Notes under the pieces: generated by a model
What the model was told of the DNA's origin: nothing
Database searches by the model: none
Seen by the model: the letters and a program-made list of their open reading frames with translations, nothing else
Shown here: positions 20,014-28,702 of the stretch, piece by piece
Layout of the letters: every line of letters starts with the position of its first letter
Numbering within the stretch: position 1 is the stretch's first letter
Assembly (NCBI GenBank): GCA_036626195.1
Contig: JAZKSH010000003.1
Span: 1-44,260, forward strand
Direction: 5' to 3'
DNA length: 44,260 nt
Source: Thermoplasmatota archaeon
Lineage (GTDB): Archaea; Thermoplasmatota; Thermoplasmata; Halarchaeoplasmatales; Halarchaeoplasmataceae
Program-made: the position numbers and the translations under genes

Positions 20014-20215
20014 CCTGTTTGGATTTTTAAATCCAAATTGGGTTAGAATGACCATTCTGACACCTATTTAGATTTCATATCTAAATGGTTTTAGAAAATT
20101 TTATTTTCTGATACCTGTTTAGAATCACTATTCTAAACGGATTTAGAAAGTTTCCTTTCTGATACCTGTTTATGATCGAATCATAAAGAGGATTAGAAGT
20201 TTTACTTCTGATACC
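20014..20215 (+). repeat. Tandem array A: four ~50-bp double-hairpin units
   Basis: Units start at 20014, 20063, 20114, 20165: CCTRTTT-(variable palindrome)-AAA..GG..TTAGAA-(variable)-TTCTGAYA. Confidence 0.9.
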
Positions 20216-20437
20216 TTCGAGGTCGTGGGATACTCGTGGGACAAGTTCCACTTTATCCTCGTTATCTAACAGGAAAGAATAAACTTTCCTGTGACCGCTA
20301 GAATCGTCAATTCTAGCTGGGTCTACTGGAATTTTGTAAAAATTCCATCGAGTATCAGAATTTTCGTGAAAATTCTAATTTAGTAGGAATCTTGGATTCC
20401 TACACTGCTGGGAAAACCTTGGTTTTCCCAAAGCACA

Positions 20438-20620
20438 CTGCGGATACTCGTGGAATAAATTCCCTTCATCCTCACTGTCCCTGCGGATGGTATCACAATC
20501 AAAGATTCTTTCCATCCTCGTTATCACTGTGGATGGTACAGGATTTCATCCTTGCATCCTCCCTGTCGGTGCGGATGGTATTGGATTTCATCCTACCATC
20601 CTCACTGTCGTTGCGGATAC
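20438..20620 (+). repeat. Tandem array B: four 42-46-bp hairpin units plus a partial fifth (another copy at 20225-20266)
   Basis: TGYGGAT-(variable inner hairpin)-ATCCTCNYTRTC, with GGAT at 20442, 20485, 20531, 20573 and 20615. Confidence 0.88.
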
Positions 20621-20931
20621 AGGGCGATTATATCAATGAATCTCAATCTCACCACTACACTAATAATTCTAGTGAGTCTAGGGCTATTCAAAAAGAACCA
20701 CAGCATTCTTCGGGGACTCCTCAAAGTACTCTACATGAAAATATTATATTTTCATTCGATATCAGGAATGTTATTCCTGAGATATCTAAGTGACTTTACT
20801 GGTCAATAAGTGAGTTCTAAGGAATAGCATTCCTTATCTTGAGAGAACACGTTCTCTCAATATGCCCGAGATTTATATCGGGGAGCACTCACTTCCTTTA
20901 GAACCCAAGGGTTCTCATCCCCTTAAAAAAA

Positions 20932-21005
20932 CGGACCCTCGGGGATTCGAACCCCGGTCCTCGGCTCCGAAAGCCGAAAGGATATCCTGACTACCCTAAG
21001 GGCCC
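20932..21005 (-). tRNA. tRNA-Arg (anticodon TCG)
   Basis: GGGCCCT/AGGGTCC acceptor stem, TCGGC-TT TCG GA-GCCGA anticodon arm, GGTTCGAATCC T-arm, T7 run downstream. Confidence 0.96.
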
Positions 21006-21088
21006 ACAGTGAACGTTAGTGAACGAAAAAGCCTTAGGGGAAGTTGGAACGTTTTGTTCCGACACGACCCTAAGGGCCCACAGTGAAC
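20993..21088. repeat. 22-bp direct repeat covering the tRNA-Arg 5' end, with intervening hairpin
   Basis: ACCCTAAGGGCCCACAGTGAAC at 20993-21014 and 21067-21088. Confidence 0.9.
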
Positions 21089-21172
21089 ATAGGTAGAGAG
21101 GAAAAAAGGGTGAACTCATTATTATCATTTGCCCCTTTATAGGGAGGTGGAAAAGGTGGTGTGCTCTTGAGT

Positions 21173-21925
21173 TCAATGGAGTAGGTTGATCAATAGGATG
21201 CCAAATATTATACCAGAAAGTATGCCTCCTATGGCGTAATGCCCTTTCATCCTTCTATGTGCATCGGGGATGAGCTCATCGAAAACTATGTAGAGCATCG
21301 CTCCTGCGGCGAATCCGAGACCTAGAGAGAGTGTTAGATCCGAAACCCCTCCTAACGCTCCACCGAGTAAGGCTCCGATACCCATAGGGATGCCGGCTAG
21401 AGTGGTGATAACCAATATTTTGGTGCCTTTGACCTTCCCGATACACATGGCAGCTCCGACGGCCATCCCCTCCGGAAAGTTATGGATCGCCATCAGCACG
21501 GCTAGAGCTAATCCCACTTCATAACTGACCATGAATCCGGCACCGATCGCAACGCCCTCGGGTAGATTATGCATCGCTACACCGACACTCAAGAGAAGCC
21601 CAGTCTTGATTGATTTCGCTCTCTCTTCATTTCCGTCGGAGTCAAAGGAGAAGTGCCTGTGAGGGAAGTTGATGTCGAGAAAACCGATGATGATTACACC
21701 CATGAGGAGTCCTACTATCGCGGTTAGTAAAGACCCTTCCTCTATGGATTCGGGTATAAGTTCCACAAAAGTTATGGAGACCATCACTCCTGCAGAAAAA
21801 CCGAGGAGGATACTCAAAACTTTATTTTCTATCTTTCTCACACCTACGACCGATAGTCCCCCTGCTGTGGTGCCCAAAACACCACTCAGCAGCCCGACCA
21901 GTGTGACGGTGATAATGTAATTCAT
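21173..21925 (-). CDS. ZIP (GufA/ZupT) family metal transporter
   Basis: GFSAGVM, MHNLPEG, IHNFPEG, AAGAMLYIVFDELIP. Confidence 0.93.
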   Translation of the reverse strand: MNYIITVTLVGLLSGVLGTTAGGLSVVGVRKIENKVLSILLGFSAGVMVSITFVELIPESIEEGSLLTAIVGLLMGVIIIGFLDINFPHRHFSFDSDGNEERAKSIKTGLLLSVGVAMHNLPEGVAIGAGFMVSYEVGLALAVLMAIHNFPEGMAVGAAMCIGKVKGTKILVITTLAGIPMGIGALLGGALGGVSDLTLSLGLGFAAGAMLYIVFDELIPDAHRRMKGHYAIGGILSGIIFGILLINLLH

Positions 21926-22041
21926 CGTTCTGAGGGTATTTAGGAGCGCCTAAATTATAAATATTTTCCTTCCGACACCGCTCCTCACGACAATTACTTT
22001 AAATATCACATCCAGTCATCAGTGATTGTAGAGGAATAAAA

Positions 22042-22659
22042 GTGAAGGTCAAAACGAGATTAGGGGCGCTTCTAGTAGTGGTTTTCCTGATTTTATCGGG
22101 GTCATTACTGAGTGGATGTACAAGCAATGAGGAGAGAGGAGTAGTGGGCATCCCTAAAGGTGAAGATGCAGAGGGTGATTTTTACAGGGAGGAGAACCGC
22201 GCTGAGATATTTGTACCAATTTTGAACACCTACAAAGATCCCAAGGAGATAGTCGTAAAATATCAAGTGATAACCGAGAAGCAAAACCGTTATTCCGAGT
22301 TGAAGAAGATAAGATTGCCTGAAACTTCCGAAGAAGTGTACTCCCAGGAGATACACGTTCCAGAAGGAGAGGTAGCGGAATTTTTCGATGCCGAGATAAT
22401 AGTATCTGAGGATGATATAGGCATAGTAAAGGTGAGAGGAGAACGGGTAGATGATGAAGCCTTGATAAATGCGACGGTTGCAAATACAAACTTCGATTCG
22501 AAAGAAGCTACACTGAACTTTGAAGCGGTCATGGAGGAGGGAAACGTTGAATGGGAAAAGAAGGATGTCACATTACCAAAAAATTCTATAGATGAGTACT
22601 CCCAGAGGATTCGTGTTGACGGAACAGTAGAAGACTATCGGGTCGAGATAGTAGAATGA
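22042..22659 (+). CDS. Putative lipoprotein with two similar Ig-like halves
   Basis: Signal peptide with lipobox LSGC; internal repeat (RLPETSEEVYSQEI / TLPKNSIDEYSQRI). Confidence 0.72.
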   Translation: MKVKTRLGALLVVVFLILSGSLLSGCTSNEERGVVGIPKGEDAEGDFYREENRAEIFVPILNTYKDPKEIVVKYQVITEKQNRYSELKKIRLPETSEEVYSQEIHVPEGEVAEFFDAEIIVSEDDIGIVKVRGERVDDEALINATVANTNFDSKEATLNFEAVMEEGNVEWEKKDVTLPKNSIDEYSQRIRVDGTVEDYRVEIVE

Positions 22660-22665
22660 AAAAAG

Positions 22666-22738
22666 TAGCCCCGGGCGGATTCGAACCGCCGTTGCCAGGT
22701 CCAGAACCTCACATGATTGACCTCTACACCACGGGGCT
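22666..22738 (-). tRNA. tRNA-Gln (anticodon CTG)
   Basis: AGCCCCG/CGGGGCT acceptor stem (A1-U72 typical of archaeal Gln), loop TT CTG GA, GGTTCGAATCC; one G-G mismatch in the anticodon stem. Confidence 0.9.
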
Positions 22739-22806
22739 ATTGAGCAGTGCGAAAGAGTCTCGTGGTAATTTGGAATCTTTGATTCCTGTGCACCACGGGG
22801 CTATTG
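22727..22806. repeat. 16-bp direct repeat covering the tRNA-Gln 5' end, with intervening hairpin
   Basis: CACCACGGGGCTATTG at 22727-22742 and 22791-22806. Confidence 0.88.
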
Positions 22807-22926
22807 TGAAACGAAGTAGCGTGATACAGTGGATTACCGATAAAAGAACTTATTTAAAATATTATCCCTTCTCTTCTCGAAGTTTTTTTATATGATGTGT
22901 GTGATGTATAATCCGGTCAGGAAAGC

Positions 22927-23112
22927 TTGGAGAACAAAGAGGTCATCCTGATAGCGGTCTTAGCTTCGATAAGTTCTTTTTTGACCTGGTACATTCTAAG
23001 GTCTTCCAACCCTGAAAACCAGGTTTTAGGATCGTATTACAGTATCTTAATATTCCCTCCGGTGTTTTGTTTGCTTTTCCTTTTTCTCAGGAAGATGGTT
23101 AAGGATTACTAG
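22927..23112 (+). CDS. Small two-TM membrane protein
   Basis: 61 aa, two hydrophobic helices, TATA-like TTTTATAT upstream, fills the intergenic gap. Confidence 0.5.
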   Translation: MENKEVILIAVLASISSFLTWYILRSSNPENQVLGSYYSILIFPPVFCLLFLFLRKMVKDY

Positions 23113-23528
23113 ACCTCGTATCGGTAAAGGTAGTATTTTTCCTCTTCATCTACCCTTTCGAAGCCCTCTTCCTCCATCAATTCCATGACTGCCTGATTAT
23201 CTTTCGGTATCCTGCCTATGATAGGTTCACCAGCAGTATCCACCGCGTACCTCAAAAGCATCCTCCCTATACCCATCCTTCTATGGTTTTGAAGGACCCC
23301 GATATGATCGATCTGGAGTCCGTCCCTATCTACTGTAAGAATCGCCCCCACCGGTTTGTCCCCTTTCCATGCCACGGCCGAACAATTTTCCACCACATCC
23401 TTGAAGGATTCTTCTATACTTTTCTGGATCTCCCAATGGATGTCAGGGTCAGTGAAGATGGAATGGAACAGATCGGCTATCTTATCTCGATCGACGGAAT
23501 CTATCGGTTCTATCTCTATATTCATCAT
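23109..23528 (-). CDS. GNAT-family N-acetyltransferase (start probably ATG at 23528)
   Basis: IGVLQNHRRMGIGRMLL acetyl-CoA motif, NQAV...EEEGF. Confidence 0.85.
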   Translation of the reverse strand: MMNIEIEPIDSVDRDKIADLFHSIFTDPDIHWEIQKSIEESFKDVVENCSAVAWKGDKPVGAILTVDRDGLQIDHIGVLQNHRRMGIGRMLLRYAVDTAGEPIIGRIPKDNQAVMELMEEEGFERVDEEEKYYLYRYEV

Positions 23529-23634
23529 CTCTATATCACTCGAATTAGAAGTTAAAAGTTTTTGCACAGTAATCTAATTTATCTCATGATAGGTATGCAA
23601 GATTTTTGTACCACCTCTTTGATTCACCTAACCC

Positions 23635-25733
<2,099 letters not shown>

Positions 25734-25757
25734 GCGGGCAAAAACCTTATAACCCTG

Positions 25758-26972
25758 TTGAACTCACCCTTCTTCATGACCCTTCAGTGGATAGGTTTCT
25801 TGATCGCTATCGCCGTAATCGTGATCGGTGCCAATTACCACTTGATTTTGGCGCTTTTTTCGGGCTCGATCATCTTGGGTGTGTTTACTTTACCTCCGGT
25901 AGAGATATTGAACCAGTTGTACGTCACCGTTACTACTCCCAATACCGTCTTTTTGATCTTAGCTTTGGGGATGATCCCGATGATCGGTGGTATCCTTCAG
26001 GTGAGCGGGAAGCTGGAGGATATAATCAACAACCTTCGGATAGGAAAACGGCCCTTTTTGGGCGCTACTCCTGCATTCATAGGTCTTTTACCGATCCCCG
26101 GCGGTGCCTTGTTCTCAGCTCCACTGATAGATAAGGCTGGAGAAGGATTGGCCGGCCACATAAAAGCCGCTATCAACGTGTGGTTTAGGCACATCATTTA
26201 TTTTGTTTACCCTATTTCATATGCTCTGATTGTTGCATCCGACGCTGCCGAACTTTCCGTTTTCCGAATCATAGCGTTCCAGGCGCCTTTCTTCATTTTT
26301 ACCATAGCCTTAGGTTATTTCTTCCTGTTGAGAAAAGACAAGGGGGAGATGGAGTACGAATCCGAGATCGACATTGATGCGTTAGTCCCTCCCATGGCGG
26401 TACTTTTGATCGCGCCTGTCGTATGGGCCGTTTTGAGCTATGGCGTCGGGATCGCAGAACATCTGGAGAACGTTTTCGTCATGATGGCCGTAGGGCTGAG
26501 TCTGATTTTGGCTATAATCTTGATAGAGGATTCTAAAAAGGAAACACTGAAAGAAGCGGCCGAAGAGATGAAACCCTGGAATTTCATGATTTTGATCTTA
26601 GCTCTTTATTTCTTCATCAACGTTTTTCATTCCTCCGGGATCGAAGGCATGATTGCAGCGCTAGAAGTACCGGGCCCAGTACTTTTGGTCGGGATCGGAT
26701 TCCTGCTCGGTTTTGGAACCGGAAGGATAATGGTGCCGGCTTCCATATTGGCGCCAATCTACATAGCCACTGCGGGTTCCTTTAGCTTATGGGCGTTTCA
26801 GGCCATGTACGTTGCCGTCTTTGCGGGGTATATCGTCACGCCGGTCCATCCCTGCATAAGTATCTCTCTGGAATACTTCAACGGTAAATTGGATAAGTTT
26901 TTGAAACTGATGGTCCCCATGCTGGTGATCACAGTAGGAACTGCTGCAATTCTCTATCTCATCTTCGGCTAA
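25758..26972 (+). CDS. DUF401-like integral membrane protein, putative transporter
   Basis: PAFIGLLPIPGGALFSAP, INVWFRH, TPVHPC; many TM helices. Confidence 0.75.
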   Translation: MNSPFFMTLQWIGFLIAIAVIVIGANYHLILALFSGSIILGVFTLPPVEILNQLYVTVTTPNTVFLILALGMIPMIGGILQVSGKLEDIINNLRIGKRPFLGATPAFIGLLPIPGGALFSAPLIDKAGEGLAGHIKAAINVWFRHIIYFVYPISYALIVASDAAELSVFRIIAFQAPFFIFTIALGYFFLLRKDKGEMEYESEIDIDALVPPMAVLLIAPVVWAVLSYGVGIAEHLENVFVMMAVGLSLILAIILIEDSKKETLKEAAEEMKPWNFMILILALYFFINVFHSSGIEGMIAALEVPGPVLLVGIGFLLGFGTGRIMVPASILAPIYIATAGSFSLWAFQAMYVAVFAGYIVTPVHPCISISLEYFNGKLDKFLKLMVPMLVITVGTAAILYLIFG

Positions 26973-27015
26973 CTCAACCGAAATATCTAAAAGTTAAAGT
27001 CGTATCTAATTCCCG

Positions 27016-27795
27016 ATGAGTAAACTAGATATAGTCGAGATCGAGAGGATCGAACGAGAAACTCCAACAGTGAAGAGCCTGTTCTTCGATTGGGGGAAAG
27101 ATTTTGAGCCGGGCCAGTTCGTGATGGTATGGATACCCGGTAAAGATGAGATCCCTATGGTCCCTTCAAAGTTAGAAAATACCGACTCTATAACGGTAAA
27201 AAAGAGGGGTGATTCGACCACGTTCTTGCACGAAAAAATAAAGGAGGGGGACAAATTGGGCGTTCGAGGTCCGTACGGTAACGGTTATTCACTCGATGGG
27301 GAGAAGATACTTGCGGTGATGGGCGGAAGTGGAGGAGCTTCTTTGATATCAGGTGTTATCAAAGCTTCCAAAGATGGAAAAGAAGTCCACTGTTGTATTG
27401 GAGCTAAGACAGAGGAAGAATTATTATTCAGAGAAAAACTATCTGAATTGACCCAACTGCAGATCGCTACAGACGACGGAACTGCTGGAGAAAAATGTTT
27501 TGTCACTGAACTGGCTACAGATGTGTTGGAAGAAGAGGATATCGATCGAGTCCTTACATGTGGACCCGAGGTCATGATGAAAAAGATAGTCGATCTCTGC
27601 CTCGAAGAGGACATCGAGGTTCAAGCTTCCCTTGAAAGGTACATGAAATGCGGCATAGGTATATGCGATTCTTGCACTATCGACGGTAAACAGGTCTGCA
27701 GGGACGGTCCTGTCTTTGACGGAAAAGAGCTGGAGAAGATGGACGAGTTCGGCAGATTCGAGAGAGCTAAAGACGGAAGACTAAAAGAGATATGA
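27016..27795 (+). CDS. pyrK: Dihydroorotate dehydrogenase electron-transfer subunit
   Basis: PGQFVMVW, RGPYGNG, TDDG, CGPEVMM, SLERYMKCGIGICDSC, VCRDGPVF. Confidence 0.92.
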   Translation: MSKLDIVEIERIERETPTVKSLFFDWGKDFEPGQFVMVWIPGKDEIPMVPSKLENTDSITVKKRGDSTTFLHEKIKEGDKLGVRGPYGNGYSLDGEKILAVMGGSGGASLISGVIKASKDGKEVHCCIGAKTEEELLFREKLSELTQLQIATDDGTAGEKCFVTELATDVLEEEDIDRVLTCGPEVMMKKIVDLCLEEDIEVQASLERYMKCGIGICDSCTIDGKQVCRDGPVFDGKELEKMDEFGRFERAKDGRLKEI

Positions 27796-27859
27796 AGGGA
27801 AAAAATACTAACTTTTATTAACGGGTTCATACTCCTAATCTCTGGGCTGACTCATTCAT

Positions 27860-27944
27860 GCGGGGGTACCCGAGTATGGCCAAAGGGGCAAGGCTTAGGA
27901 CCTTGTGGCGTAGGCCTCCGAGGGTTCAAATCCCTTCCCCCGCA
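27860..27944 (+). tRNA. tRNA-Leu (anticodon TAG)
   Basis: GCGGGGG/TCCCCCGC-A ends, CAAGG-CT TAG GA-CCTTG anticodon arm, long variable arm, GGTTCAAATCC. Confidence 0.96.
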
Positions 27945-28084
27945 TCAATCATTCTTTTCGAGCAAAGCGAGAAAAAGTGATTGAAAAGGTGGAGCGAGCG
28001 AAAGCGAATAAGGAATAGAGTGAAGATATGATAATCTTCCTAAAGAGTAGTCGGTCGGTCCCAACCTACCCTTACCCATCCATA

Positions 28085-28513
28085 TCAATACCTAAAGGTA
28101 TCCTGTATATCCCCCATGCTAGCTCCTCTTTCATCGGGCATGGCTTCGTCTCTTGTATATATGGGTCTTTTTCTAGTCTCTCCTTTCTCCCTAGTTTCAT
28201 CCTCTGGTTGTATGTCTTTCCAGTGCCATATCCTGAGAACGTGTTCCATCCGGATATACACTTCTTCAAGATTGACGGAGGTCCAATCTATATATCCTAC
28301 AACCTTTTCTACCTCTTCTCCTTCTTTTGGTATTTCTTTCCATTTTATTTTTTTAGCGGGTGCTTGGTTGACTTCTTTGAGAACTAATGTGTTACTATCG
28401 TATTCAACTAGATCACCCAAAAAGGCCAAACCGTCGTCCATCACCACCAATATCTTATTTCCCTTCAGTCCCTTCAATTTTTTCTCTAACAGATCTCCTA
28501 TCATATATATCAT
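28085..28513 (-). CDS. Divergent Sm/Lsm-fold-like protein (start could be 28504)
   Basis: KILVVMDDGLAFLGDLVEYDSNTLVLKEV resembles Sm1; EVYIRMEHV resembles Sm2. Confidence 0.55.
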   Translation of the reverse strand: MIYMIGDLLEKKLKGLKGNKILVVMDDGLAFLGDLVEYDSNTLVLKEVNQAPAKKIKWKEIPKEGEEVEKVVGYIDWTSVNLEEVYIRMEHVLRIWHWKDIQPEDETREKGETRKRPIYTRDEAMPDERGASMGDIQDTFRY

Positions 28514-28604
28514 CTCCCGTCATCTATATTGTTCGTTGCTCTATTTATAGGTTCGGTGGTTTTGAAAAGATCAGTCTGATATGCATAATATACTTCCTTT
28601 TCAG

Positions 28605-28632
28605 TTCGAATACTGTTAAAAAAGATATAAAT
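28605..28632 (+). promoter_or_regulatory. TTCGA-N5-GT box plus BRE/TATA of the subtilase gene
   Basis: TTCGAATACTGTTAAAAAAGATATAAAT. Confidence 0.65.
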
Positions 28633-28702
28633 CCTAGACTCGACATAGATTGTAGAGATTCGAATTCGTGCTCATGTAGCTCAAAAAGAGGAAAGTGGAA
28701 AT

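Larger units (their letters stand above)
20012..20920 (+). ncRNA. Large hairpin-dense non-coding element, candidate structured ncRNA of unknown class
   Basis: More than 20 short inverted repeats back to back; G-U-compatible pairs favour the + strand; TATA-like TTTTAATA at 19980-19987. Confidence 0.55.

Noticed and set aside
20014-20620. CRISPR, TIGR or type III antitoxin array
   Set aside because: Repeats are degenerate, the variable parts are self-complementary and too short to be spacers, and no cas, Nop-domain or toxin gene is adjacent.
20392-20809. ORFs 20392-20793 and 20552-20809
   Set aside because: Non-ATG starts, composition unlike the acidic proteome, and they merely read through the hairpin repeats; probably spurious.
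13900-21005. Integrated island ending at tRNA-Arg
   Set aside because: No integrase, and I found no duplicate of the tRNA 3' end.
22656-22895. 79-aa ORF
   Set aside because: It is the antisense reading of tRNA-Gln and its leader.
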